This document shows, in pieces, positions 24,869 through 34,171 of a DNA stretch of 64,000 nt. The DNA is from Bacteroidia bacterium (GTDB lineage: Bacteria > Bacteroidota > Bacteroidia > AKYH767-A > OLB10). How positions within the stretch are numbered: position 1 is the first letter of the stretch; each line of letters starts with the position of its first letter. Location of the stretch: the NCBI GenBank assembly GCA_016788185.1, contig JAEUTF010000185.1:1805-65804 (forward strand), given 5' to 3'. The position numbers were made by a program, and so were the translations under genes. A model generated the notes under the pieces. That model was not told where the DNA came from and did not search any database. It saw only the letters and a program-made list of their open reading frames with translations.

Positions 24869-26119
24869 ATGATTAGAAAACTGGCGGGTCACAGTTTAGT
24901 GAGAAACTCATTGCGGATTTTTTCAGGCAATGTGTTGATTCAGTTGGTATCTTTCCTGTTCCTGCCGGTATTTTCCAGAGTGTATAGTCCGTCAGATTAT
25001 GGTGTCTGGGGTATATTCGTTTTTCTTTCAGGTTTCATCGCGGTCTTTGCCGGTTTGCGGTATGAACTGGCCATCATGATTCCGGAGTCAAACCGTATGG
25101 CGTATGTCATTTTCAAAATGACGCAGTCGCTCGCTTTTTATACTTGCGTTTTATCCTTGCTGTTGATCCTGTTTTTCTATCGTCCGATGCTGGACCTTTT
25201 TCACCTTCCGGATTCGATGCATCTGTGGCTATTGGTACCGCTTCAGGCCTGGCTCACGGCCATGAACAATACGATGATGCAGTGGTATGGCCGAAAAAAT
25301 GAGTTCAGAACATTGGCGCATATGCGCATCCTCCAAAGTCTCAGCAACATTGCTGTTTCTTTATTTTTTGGATACTTCCTGGAGATGGGTTATTATGGTT
25401 TGATTTACGGACTGATGATTTCAGTCCTTATTTCAGATATTTACCTGGCAGTTAAACTCCGTTTACCACTCTTTAAAATTAGATGCTATCCTTTAAAACT
25501 GTACCGTAAACTGATATTCAGGTATAAAAACTTCCTCTATTTCAGTACACCGCTTGGCATCTTAAATTATTTTTCTACCAATATCCTGGTCAGCGTTCTC
25601 CAGATCAATTACGGGGCGGCGGCCATGGGCCTGTATACCAATGCAAACAGATTGATACAGAGTCCATTGAGTTTAATTTCATCGGCCGTGAGCATGGTTT
25701 TTTACCCGCATTTCAGCAAGTCAGAGAAGAAGCAAAGGGATGTGATCCTGGTGTTTTCCGTCCTGGTACTTGTTTTCAGCCTCATACTCCTCCCCCTTGT
25801 TTTTTTTGGCGAAGAACTTTTAGGTTTTTATCTCGGTGAGGAATGGATCGGGTCAGCCAGGTTCATTCGTCTCCTCTTTGTATTTATGGTGTTGTCAACC
25901 GCAGTCAGTTGCATCAGTCCCATTTTTTCGTATTTGCAAAAGGACAACCTCGTTCTGGTTTGGCAGGTGGGTTATTTGTTGAGTGCCATCGGAGTATTCA
26001 GATACTTCAGCGGTGATTTGGATAAGGCGGTTTTTTATTACAGCCTGATGGGAGGATTGGCTTATTTCCTGTTATTTTGTCTCGGTTTATTTTTACTCAG
26101 GAAAGGGAGAAAGGTATGA
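24869..26119 (+). CDS. wzx: Oligosaccharide flippase (Wzx / polysaccharide biosynthesis protein, MOP superfamily)
   Basis: 416 aa with ~12 TM segments. The N-terminus NSLRIFSGNVLIQLVSFLFLPVFSRVYSPSDYGVWGIF is typical of RfbX/Wzx proteins. Confidence 0.8.
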   Translation: MIRKLAGHSLVRNSLRIFSGNVLIQLVSFLFLPVFSRVYSPSDYGVWGIFVFLSGFIAVFAGLRYELAIMIPESNRMAYVIFKMTQSLAFYTCVLSLLLILFFYRPMLDLFHLPDSMHLWLLVPLQAWLTAMNNTMMQWYGRKNEFRTLAHMRILQSLSNIAVSLFFGYFLEMGYYGLIYGLMISVLISDIYLAVKLRLPLFKIRCYPLKLYRKLIFRYKNFLYFSTPLGILNYFSTNILVSVLQINYGAAAMGLYTNANRLIQSPLSLISSAVSMVFYPHFSKSEKKQRDVILVFSVLVLVFSLILLPLVFFGEELLGFYLGEEWIGSARFIRLLFVFMVLSTAVSCISPIFSYLQKDNLVLVWQVGYLLSAIGVFRYFSGDLDKAVFYYSLMGGLAYFLLFCLGLFLLRKGRKV

Positions 26120-26736
26120 ATTGGAAGCTTAAATTGAAGGTGCTATTGTCACTTTGGTCGAGAATTGCCGCGACCAGGTCAACAGCAGCGCCGGTTACAC
26201 TAAAAGGCTTTCTGGCGCAGTACGTTTTCGGTCTGAACAGTTCCGCGTATTGGCCGGTTCATTTTGCATCCACGATATCCGGTGCGCAGTACATCCGGAT
26301 TGGTGAAGGAACAGCGCCCGGTCTTTCTCATGGTTGCTATATTTTCGCCTGCGAAGGTGGTGAGATCAGTATCGGAGACTACACCATCATTGCCCCGAAT
26401 GTTTGCATTGCGGGCTATAATCATAGTGTATTGGATTACCAAAAATCAGAGGTGAAGGGAAAGGTGAGTATCGGAAAATATTCATGGATCGGTGCCAATG
26501 CGGTCGTTCTTCCGGGTGTGGTACTGGGCGATCATACCGTGGTGGCTGCTGGAGCCGTGGTAACCCGTTCTTTTCCCGATGGGTATTGCGTGATTGGTGG
26601 CAATCCGGCGCAGTTGCTAAAAGAAATTCCACCAAAGGATTGTATCGAGTTTAAAAATCCCCGGCCTTTCACCGGTTATTTATCCAGTGCCGAGTTCAAA
26701 CAACATTCTTCCAATTTACTTGCCGGTAAGTCATGA
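26116..26736 (+). CDS. Left-handed beta-helix (hexapeptide repeat) O-acetyltransferase
   Basis: The start is set at the ATG at 26116, which overlaps the wzx stop (ATGA). Hexapeptide repeats are present: ISIGDYTIIAPNVCI, VSIGKYSWIGANAVVLPGVVLGDHTVVAAGAVV. Confidence 0.8.
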   Translation: MNWKLKLKVLLSLWSRIAATRSTAAPVTLKGFLAQYVFGLNSSAYWPVHFASTISGAQYIRIGEGTAPGLSHGCYIFACEGGEISIGDYTIIAPNVCIAGYNHSVLDYQKSEVKGKVSIGKYSWIGANAVVLPGVVLGDHTVVAAGAVVTRSFPDGYCVIGGNPAQLLKEIPPKDCIEFKNPRPFTGYLSSAEFKQHSSNLLAGKS

Positions 26737-27572
26737 AAGTGGTCTTTTTGGGAATGAACGCATCGTACTCTGTTTTGCCCTTACTGGCAATCCGTGAAAA
26801 ATTTGATGTCGCTGCTGTCTATGAGCATCGGGAGCCGGCAAGTGGAAGGGTAAAGCTCAGAAATCTGATTAAAAAGATCATCGGTTATCGCTCTGCCGGC
26901 GCATTCAGTTTAGAAAAAACAGCCCGGGTGTATGGCCTGGAGTTTAGATTTGGCCACGAAATAGATACTCCCCGGTTTATGAGCTGGATGAAAGATCTTG
27001 CTCCCGATTTGATTTGTGTTGCAGGTTTTTCAAAGAAAATCCCACCCGGGATCCTGCAAATTCCCGTCATGGGAGTACTCAACATTCATTCTGGTCCGCT
27101 GCCTGCTTTCAGAGGGGCGCACCCTTTTTACTACCTGGTCAAAGACAGCCGTGCTCCAGGTGGTGTAACGATTCATTGGATGAACGAGAAGTTGGATGAT
27201 GGTAATATCATACAATTCATACCCGTTAAATTGCTGCAGGGAATGAACCTGGCCACATACAATGAACTTTGCGCGTATCATGCGGCCATGGTTTTGCCGG
27301 ATCTTTTGACCGAAATGGAGAGCGGAAACCGGCCGGCCGGAACGTCAAACAATGGTGCGAATGCCATGAATTGCAGGAATCCAGGGCTGACGCTCCTCGA
27401 TGAAACCATTCCGGTTGAAGTGGCTTTGTGGTTGTTCAATGCTTATAGTGATGTATTGATTTTTGAGGCAGTCTTGAAATCCGGGAACATGAAAATTACA
27501 AAACTGAGTAAATCTGAATTTCAGGATAGTACCCCTCTCCATCTGAAGGATGGTGTGGTATACATACAATGA
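26733..27572 (+). CDS. Formyltransferase family protein (Fmt / ArnA N-terminal domain-like)
   Basis: 279 aa. LICVAGFSKKIPPGILQIPVMGVLNIHSGPLPAFRGAHP matches the N-x-H-x-S-L-L-P-x-x-R-G core of formyltransferases, with Asn and His conserved. ATGA overlap with the upstream gene. Confidence 0.75.
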   Translation: MKVVFLGMNASYSVLPLLAIREKFDVAAVYEHREPASGRVKLRNLIKKIIGYRSAGAFSLEKTARVYGLEFRFGHEIDTPRFMSWMKDLAPDLICVAGFSKKIPPGILQIPVMGVLNIHSGPLPAFRGAHPFYYLVKDSRAPGGVTIHWMNEKLDDGNIIQFIPVKLLQGMNLATYNELCAYHAAMVLPDLLTEMESGNRPAGTSNNGANAMNCRNPGLTLLDETIPVEVALWLFNAYSDVLIFEAVLKSGNMKITKLSKSEFQDSTPLHLKDGVVYIQ

Positions 27573-28561
27573 TCAAAATGAACCGGGAACAGGGATACGA
27601 TGTGATGGAGCTGGATGATTTTCACCAGTGGGATCAATTGCTCCTGCTGAGTGAATTCCCTTCTCCTTTCAGTACCAGCACCTGGGTGGATGGAATCTCT
27701 TCTTTGTTTGGCTACAGGTACAAGCTGGTGGCGGTACGAAATTCGGAGATGGAAGTAGCCCTCTTGGCCGTTTATTTTAAAGAGAGATCGGGAGTGAATT
27801 TTTCTTTTCATCCGCAGTTAACCCCATACAACTCCCCGCAATTTATCAGGCCTTCGAAAGGTTCTGATGCCCGATGGCAGAAGGAAAAATCGGCTATTCT
27901 GACTTGCCTTCAGCAGTATCTGCAGGAGAATTTTGTCTATCCCTATTTGTTTCTTGATACGGCGATTCAGGACGTACGGCCATTCATCTGGTCGGGGTGG
28001 AATGCGCGGCCTGCCTACACCTATCTGGTGGATCCGGGCCAAACAAAACTTGACCCTGATGTACAGCGTCGCTACAGAAATTGTATAAGGGAAGGATTTA
28101 CGGTTTCCTACAATTGGTCGCCGGAGGTCTTTGTCCGTTTGTTTCGGCTGACCATGGATCGTCAGCACATCCGTTTGGCCTACTCGGATCAAAGGATGCT
28201 TGATTTTTTAAATCGCCTGAAAGAGAAAAACCTGATTTGGATGGCCACCTCGTATGATAAAGAAGGAGCGCCGCATGCAAGCTGGGTACAGCTTCAGGTG
28301 GAGCCGTGGGTGGTTTTCAATTGGAACAGTGCCACTAACCTGGCCTTTGCAAATTCAGGTGGTAATTCTGTGCTGGTGTTTGATGTCCTGGAGAAAATGA
28401 AAGCGGAGCAGGTCAAGGCATGGGATCTTTGCGGAGCGGATACGCCTTCGGTGGTCGGGTTTAAGTCAAAGCTCGGCGGCGCATTGCAGGTTTATTATAA
28501 AGTGGATTTCAGTAATTATCCTGTATCCAGGAAAATCTTGTACAGATGGAAGAACCGTTAG
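27569..28561 (+). CDS. FemAB-like / GNAT-fold (Acetyltransf_6-type) transferase
   Basis: 330 aa. The size, the duplicated GNAT-like layout and the C-terminal WDLCGADTPSVVGFKSKLGGALQVYY resemble FemX/FemAB-related proteins found in EPS loci. The assignment is by resemblance only. ATGA overlap with the formyltransferase gene. Confidence 0.55.
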   Translation: MIKMNREQGYDVMELDDFHQWDQLLLLSEFPSPFSTSTWVDGISSLFGYRYKLVAVRNSEMEVALLAVYFKERSGVNFSFHPQLTPYNSPQFIRPSKGSDARWQKEKSAILTCLQQYLQENFVYPYLFLDTAIQDVRPFIWSGWNARPAYTYLVDPGQTKLDPDVQRRYRNCIREGFTVSYNWSPEVFVRLFRLTMDRQHIRLAYSDQRMLDFLNRLKEKNLIWMATSYDKEGAPHASWVQLQVEPWVVFNWNSATNLAFANSGGNSVLVFDVLEKMKAEQVKAWDLCGADTPSVVGFKSKLGGALQVYYKVDFSNYPVSRKILYRWKNR

Positions 28562-29751
28562 GCATGGATAGGGGGGGAGATTCACGGATGGCTGTAGAGC
28601 GTGTGCTGAAGGCATATTTTGCCCTGATCGCGCCATCCTGTGACTACTTGTCCTTCTTCACACATGCTGAGCAGCAATGGATAGCGGATGTCCTTCTCCG
28701 TAAGGAAGAGCAACAGATTTCGCACCGTGATCAGTGGGGAAACTGGGAATTCCCCTTTACGAATGAGCAGTACACACTACCTTATGTAGATCGTTTTGTC
28801 CTCGATCGTTTGGGCGGGAAAGATAAGTTCCCTGAAACACCCTGGCCGGAGAAACGTCGCTTTGCAGCATGGCTGACACATGACCTGGATGTATTGTCCC
28901 TCTCGGATCCCCTCGCTCTCCTGAGAAGGCAGATGCAGGCGGCACGGCATGCTGCCGGCTATGCAGAGAAAGCACTGCATTATGCCCATGCAGCGTATAG
29001 CCGCCTCCGTTCTTTAAGACCTGCACAACAGGACCCTTTGTGGCTATATGAACGCTGGATGGATGCAGAAATAGCACATGGTTTTAATTCAACTTTTTTT
29101 GTTTTTTCCAGGCCGTCATCAAAAAACGATCTGCATCTTTATGATTGCGACTATGTATGGTCGGATCGCATGATGTACAGGGCATGCCGTATGAATGCCG
29201 GAGATTTCATAAAGCGGATCATGGGGGAGGGTGTGGAAATTGCTTGTCATGGCAGTTTTAACACCTGGCGGAATGCGGCTTTGTTAAAGCAGCAGAAAGA
29301 TAATCTTGAAGACCTGATCGGGAAGCCGGTGCTGGCCTCCCGGCAGCATTTTCTTCATTACGATATTCACCATACTCCTGATGTGCTGAAGGAGGCTGGG
29401 TTTAAAGTGGATTCCACCATGGGATTTAACAGAACGATTGGCTTCAGGGCCGGCACCTCCTATCCTTACAAAATGTTAAATGGGCTGTTGGAAGTACCCC
29501 AGATCATCATGGACGGGGCTCTCTTTAACACCAATAGTCTTGAACTGGATGAGCTATTGGCTTGCCGCAAAATCGAAAAAATAATGAATGAGGTGGAAAC
29601 AAGCGGAGGCTGTCTGACCATTAACTTTCATCCCAATTATTTATTGAACCCTGCCTGGTGGAATACCTACCTTTTTATTCTGAAAGAACTGAAAGCGCGG
29701 AATGCCGCCTGTGTGAATGCGGCCTCTATTTTAGAGCTGACTGAAATTTAG
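28546..29751 (+). CDS. Polysaccharide deacetylase-like (CE4-like) protein, tentative
   Basis: 401 aa. WLTHDLDV and IACHGSFNTW resemble CE4 motif 1 (TFDDG) and the His-containing motif 2. An alternative start at 28564 lies 3 nt after the upstream stop. Confidence 0.45.
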   Translation: MEEPLGMDRGGDSRMAVERVLKAYFALIAPSCDYLSFFTHAEQQWIADVLLRKEEQQISHRDQWGNWEFPFTNEQYTLPYVDRFVLDRLGGKDKFPETPWPEKRRFAAWLTHDLDVLSLSDPLALLRRQMQAARHAAGYAEKALHYAHAAYSRLRSLRPAQQDPLWLYERWMDAEIAHGFNSTFFVFSRPSSKNDLHLYDCDYVWSDRMMYRACRMNAGDFIKRIMGEGVEIACHGSFNTWRNAALLKQQKDNLEDLIGKPVLASRQHFLHYDIHHTPDVLKEAGFKVDSTMGFNRTIGFRAGTSYPYKMLNGLLEVPQIIMDGALFNTNSLELDELLACRKIEKIMNEVETSGGCLTINFHPNYLLNPAWWNTYLFILKELKARNAACVNAASILELTEI

Positions 29752-29851
29752 CGTTGATAGGTCCGTGGGTTTTTCAAATCTCCCTGCAAATGAACGAATT
29801 CCTTTTCAGGGCTTTTCAGACCGGCAGTAAGGCCATGTGCACGTAATACTC

Positions 29852-29859
29852 TATTTTTG
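29852..29859 (+). promoter_or_regulatory. Candidate internal -7 promoter box TATTTTTG in the only sizeable gap of the plus-strand glycan genes
   Basis: Matches TAnnTTTG, 23 nt upstream of the MCGIAG start at 29883, within the 131-nt spacer 29752-29882. Confidence 0.4.
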
Positions 29860-29882
29860 TTTTCTATGTTAAGGTCTTGCTT

Positions 29883-31595
29883 ATGTGCGGGATAGCCGGT
29901 GTGATCATGCTGAAGGGGGAGGTGGATGCTCCGGAGGCACTGGATCGGATGTCGGCGGCCATTGCTCATCGCGGACCCGATGGGTCCGGAAAGTGGTTGA
30001 GCCCCGGAAGGAAGGCCGCTTTTGTGCATCGTCGCTTGTCGATTCTTGATCTTTCTGAACAGGCTTCTCAGCCGATGCATTCTTCGGATGGTCGTTATAC
30101 CATTGTGTTTAATGGCGAGATATACAATTACCTTGAATTGCGCGAGCAGCTGTTGAAGAAGGGCGTACGTTTTGTTACCCATTCGGATACAGAAGTCCTG
30201 TTGAATGGCTATATTCATTACAAAGATGATTTACTTCCCCTGCTCGACGGAATGTTTGCTTTTGCCGTGTGGGACAATGATTCCGGATCATTGTTCTGTG
30301 CCCGGGATCGTTTTGGAGAAAAACCCTTTTTTTATATAAAGGAAGAGGGCTGTTTCCTCTTTGCCAGTGAAATAAAAGCCTTAAAGGCTTTCAGGGGGAG
30401 GGTTGACCTTGACCCTGATAAATTGCAATCCTACCTTGACGGTACTTACTCTTTTGATGATTCTTCAGGCTTTTTTAAGCAAGTCCATTCGCTCGAACCG
30501 GCAAGTAGTCTTTTTATCAGTGCCGATCATTGGCAAGTAAAAAAATACTGGCGTATTGATTTGTCGTTAAAAGCGCCGATTGCCCGGAAAGAAGAATATA
30601 TTGAAGAGTTCAGAAGGTTGTTTCTGGGGTCGGTCCGGTTCCGCTTGAGAAGCGATGTGCCGGTGGGGAGCAGTCTTTCGGGAGGCCTTGATTCCTCTGC
30701 TGTGGTTTGTTCGATGTCGGGATTAACGGACCTGCCGGTGCATACCTTTTCCGCACGTTTTGAAGGACCTAAGGACGAAGGCAAATGGATTCGTGAAGTG
30801 CTGAACAAAACAGGGGTCATTAACCATGAAGTGTGGCCTTCAGCGGAGGGTTTTGTGAGGGACCTGGATACAATGGTTTGGCACCACGAATTTCCCCCGG
30901 GTTCTTCTTCGGTCTATGCGCAGTGGTGTGTCATGAAACTGGCCAGCCAGAACAAGATTAAAGTATTGCTGGACGGACAAGGGGCCGATGAATACCTGGC
31001 CGGCTACGATGAACTTAAGTACTATGCCGTTTGGGAATTATACCGTAAGTTTCGTTGGCGGAGTTTTAACAGGGAAAGAAAATTGTTCAAAGAAAATTTC
31101 GGGCATCATGGTAAACTGGGCTATGCGTTCCTGCTGGATCCGCTGGCCGGCCTTTTGGGCATTCGCAGAAAAGTGTACAGGAATGGAATGGATCTCCACG
31201 ACGTATTAAAGTATTATACAACTGCTAAACTTGGTGAGTTGTTGCGCTATGCTGACCGTAATTCTATGGCGCACGGCGTGGAAGTACGGCTGCCTTTTCT
31301 ATCGCACAAGCTCGTTGAATTTGCTTTTAGTGTGCCTTCAGATATGATTTACAGAGATGGCCGTACGAAATATATCCTCCGCGAAGCAGTCAAGGATTCC
31401 CTGCCTGCAGCGATCTATAACCGATCAGATAAAATTGGATTTACGCCTCCCCAGGAAAAGTGGATGAACGAACCATCGATGGTGAAGTTGATAGAATCGG
31501 CAGGAAGGAACCTGTCTGACTTAAAGTATAAGAAGGGAAAGGATTCATTTCGTCAGTTGGCGGCATGGATGCTGATCAGGAAGTTTCAGGAATGA
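29883..31595 (+). CDS. Asparagine synthase (glutamine-hydrolysing) family amidotransferase, copy 2
   Basis: The start is set at MCGIAGV (ATG at 29883). HRGPDG, RLSILDL, EIYNY and the PP-loop SLSGGLDSS are present. 570 aa. Confidence 0.9.
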   Translation: MCGIAGVIMLKGEVDAPEALDRMSAAIAHRGPDGSGKWLSPGRKAAFVHRRLSILDLSEQASQPMHSSDGRYTIVFNGEIYNYLELREQLLKKGVRFVTHSDTEVLLNGYIHYKDDLLPLLDGMFAFAVWDNDSGSLFCARDRFGEKPFFYIKEEGCFLFASEIKALKAFRGRVDLDPDKLQSYLDGTYSFDDSSGFFKQVHSLEPASSLFISADHWQVKKYWRIDLSLKAPIARKEEYIEEFRRLFLGSVRFRLRSDVPVGSSLSGGLDSSAVVCSMSGLTDLPVHTFSARFEGPKDEGKWIREVLNKTGVINHEVWPSAEGFVRDLDTMVWHHEFPPGSSSVYAQWCVMKLASQNKIKVLLDGQGADEYLAGYDELKYYAVWELYRKFRWRSFNRERKLFKENFGHHGKLGYAFLLDPLAGLLGIRRKVYRNGMDLHDVLKYYTTAKLGELLRYADRNSMAHGVEVRLPFLSHKLVEFAFSVPSDMIYRDGRTKYILREAVKDSLPAAIYNRSDKIGFTPPQEKWMNEPSMVKLIESAGRNLSDLKYKKGKDSFRQLAAWMLIRKFQE

Positions 31596-33049
31596 AATAC
31601 AAGGTATTGATCGTTTGCAATTACTTTCCTCCGTGTAACGGAGCGCCGGCCTGGCGTCCCTATTCATGGGCATCTGACTTTCATAAACATGAGCTTCAGG
31701 TGACAGTCATGACCAGACACTGGACCGGTACAGAAAATACCTGGATCGATTACCTCGTTCCCGATAAGCGGCCGGCTGAACGCGTAAAGAACGAAAATTA
31801 CGACATACTTTATCTTCCGACCAAACGCTATTGGTTCAATGATTTCCTGACCGACCATCCATGGGCAAGATGGATTTTCGGTAATCCCTATTTCCTGATC
31901 CTTGCCTTCCTGGGGCGATTCAATACGGAGGTGGATGTGTACCTGTCCTTTAAGAAGCAACTGGAACTGGAATTGAAACAGCATGCCTACGATGCTGTGT
32001 TGATTTCCAGCCCCCCCTCCAACGTTTTAGAGTTGATAAAAGTGGTGCGGAAGCATTCGAAGGCTTTGGTAATCGCTGATTTCCGCGACCTGTGGAATAA
32101 CCTGATCCTTTCAGAGAACTACCGTCCCGGATTGAAACAGCGGGTGTGGGATTATTTTTATGCCGCTTATTATAAAAAATGGTTAAAGCGGGCCGATCTC
32201 GTAACCGTCATCATAGAGCCCTTTGCCGAGGTGCTGGGTAAACTTACCCAGGCATCGATTGAAGTGGTTTACAACGGATTCGAGTCAACTATGTTCAGCC
32301 GTCTGAAGAAGCAGGAGTCAGGACGTTTCATATTTTCTATTGTGGGAAGCATTTATCCCGAACAGGATCTGACAATCCTGCTGGATGGCCTCCGGGATTT
32401 TCTGAAAGATAAATCTGCGGATAAAGTACAGCTCCGCTTTATCGGGGTTTCCTCTTTACCCAAGGTGGCTGAAATGATCAGAACGAGTGTCCCGGAGGAA
32501 TTTTTGTATATATCCGGCAGAGTGCCCAAAGAAGAGGCCTTGCAGGAAACACTGAATGCACATGTGCTTTTTTACAGCGGATGGAAAGGGGTCAGAGGGA
32601 TGGTGTCGACCAAGGTCTTCGATTACATCGCTTCCGGAAATTTTGTGCTGATCGCCCCTGGTGACGGGGATGTGCTGGATAAAATTGTGAAGGAGTGCGA
32701 ATCAGGTTGTGCCGTGAATTCAAAGGAGGAGTTTTTAAAAGTCATCAATGAACTTTATGATGAATGGTCCGAAAACGGATCGCTGCGTCCGCGCGGAAAC
32801 AAAGAGAAAGTGGAGAAGTATTCCAGAGAAAGTCAGGCGGAGAGGATGGCGAGCCTCATCAGGAACCTCGTTACGGAGAGATCACAGAAGTCTTTTACAG
32901 AAGTAACAACCAAACCATCCGGCCTGAACATGTTGGCCGCTTTCGTGCGAAAGACCTTCGGTTCCGGACCGGGATTGTTTTTTTGCTCTTTCTTTATGTG
33001 TGTGCTAAATACAGACTCCATGCTGTTTAATCAATTGCCATACCTGTAA
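31592..33049 (+). CDS. Glycosyltransferase, GT-B fold (GT4-like) with a C-terminal extension
   Basis: The start is set at the ATG at 31592 (MKYKVLIVCNYFPP), which overlaps the asnB-like stop (ATGA). N-terminal Rossmann half, and a C-terminal half with STKVFDYIASGNFVLI. Confidence 0.7.
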   Translation: MKYKVLIVCNYFPPCNGAPAWRPYSWASDFHKHELQVTVMTRHWTGTENTWIDYLVPDKRPAERVKNENYDILYLPTKRYWFNDFLTDHPWARWIFGNPYFLILAFLGRFNTEVDVYLSFKKQLELELKQHAYDAVLISSPPSNVLELIKVVRKHSKALVIADFRDLWNNLILSENYRPGLKQRVWDYFYAAYYKKWLKRADLVTVIIEPFAEVLGKLTQASIEVVYNGFESTMFSRLKKQESGRFIFSIVGSIYPEQDLTILLDGLRDFLKDKSADKVQLRFIGVSSLPKVAEMIRTSVPEEFLYISGRVPKEEALQETLNAHVLFYSGWKGVRGMVSTKVFDYIASGNFVLIAPGDGDVLDKIVKECESGCAVNSKEEFLKVINELYDEWSENGSLRPRGNKEKVEKYSRESQAERMASLIRNLVTERSQKSFTEVTTKPSGLNMLAAFVRKTFGSGPGLFFCSFFMCVLNTDSMLFNQLPYL

Positions 33050-33052
33050 AAA

Positions 33053-34171
33053 TTGAAAAGGACAAAGTTACTGTACATTATTTCCGGTATCGACTATTCG
33101 CTGGGTTTCGAATGGCTGGAAAAGTACATGGATAAAAGCAGGTACGAGACGGAGTTCGTTTTTCTGCATCATCAGCCTCCTCAGTTGTACGATTTGTTTT
33201 CCGGAAAGGGCGTCAAGGTTTACTTTCTCCGTTTGAATACAAAAAAGGAGTACCCCATGGTTTTTTTTAAATTATTTTCCCTGATCAGAAGGGTAAGTCC
33301 TGACATCGTTCACTGTCATTTGCTGGAGGCCAGTTTGCTGGGTCTGCCGGCGGCGAAGTTGGCCGGTGTGAAAAAAAGAGTTTATACCCGCCACCATTCT
33401 ACCTTTCATTTCGATTATCATCCCCGGATGGTAAAAGTTGATCGCTTTATCAATGCCATGGCCACCGGAATAGCGGCCATCACGGAAAATGTCAGAAGAG
33501 TATTGGTGGAGCGTGAAAAGGTGGATCCCCGGAAAGTATTTATTGTGCATCATGGGTTTGAATTGGCGTGCTTTCAGGATGTGGAACAAGGCCTTGTGGA
33601 TGCTTTGACCCTGAAATACAATCCAGCGCATAAGAGGCCGGTGGTGGGGGTTATCTCCCGCTTTACGGAATGGAAGGGAATCCGTTATACCATTGAGGCT
33701 TTTAACATGCTGCTCGGGGAGTACCCGGATGCAATGCTCATTTTGGCCAATGCGAAAGGTGATGGTGAGGCGGAAATTAATGCCCGCCTCGGTGAATTAC
33801 CTCCAGGTACCTATTGTAAAATTGTGTTTGAAAAGGAGGTCTGTGCGTTGTACAGGATTTTCGATATCTTTGTTCACGTACCGGTGGATTCTTTTGCTGA
33901 GGCATTCGGCCAGACGTATGTAGAGGCGCTTGCCGCAGGTATCCCCTCTGTCTTTACTTTGTCGGGCATAGCCAATGAGTTTGTAAAAGATGGGATCAAT
34001 GCGCTGGTCGTTCCTTATAAAAACAGCGGGGCCATCGGTGAGGCCATGAAAAGGCTGTTGGTAAACAATGAACTTCGGACCAGTTTGGTCCTGGAAGGTC
34101 AAAAAGAGGTGAAGCAGAAGTTTCCGGTTGAAGTAATGATGAATGCTCTTTATAGGATGTATGAAGCCTGA
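33053..34171 (+). CDS. Glycosyltransferase family 4
   Basis: 372 aa with a TTG start. KLLYIISGID..., VISRFTEWKGI, and EAFGQTYVEALAAGIPSV (the E-x7-E motif of retaining GT4 enzymes). Confidence 0.85.
   Translation: MKRTKLLYIISGIDYSLGFEWLEKYMDKSRYETEFVFLHHQPPQLYDLFSGKGVKVYFLRLNTKKEYPMVFFKLFSLIRRVSPDIVHCHLLEASLLGLPAAKLAGVKKRVYTRHHSTFHFDYHPRMVKVDRFINAMATGIAAITENVRRVLVEREKVDPRKVFIVHHGFELACFQDVEQGLVDALTLKYNPAHKRPVVGVISRFTEWKGIRYTIEAFNMLLGEYPDAMLILANAKGDGEAEINARLGELPPGTYCKIVFEKEVCALYRIFDIFVHVPVDSFAEAFGQTYVEALAAGIPSVFTLSGIANEFVKDGINALVVPYKNSGAIGEAMKRLLVNNELRTSLVLEGQKEVKQKFPVEVMMNALYRMYEA

Noticed and set aside
29748-30218. 156-aa minus-strand ORF spanning the spacer and the 5' end of asnB copy 2
   Set aside because: It overlaps the conserved glutaminase domain of the plus-strand gene in antisense and has no motifs. 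The spacer is better explained by the TATTTTTG promoter box.
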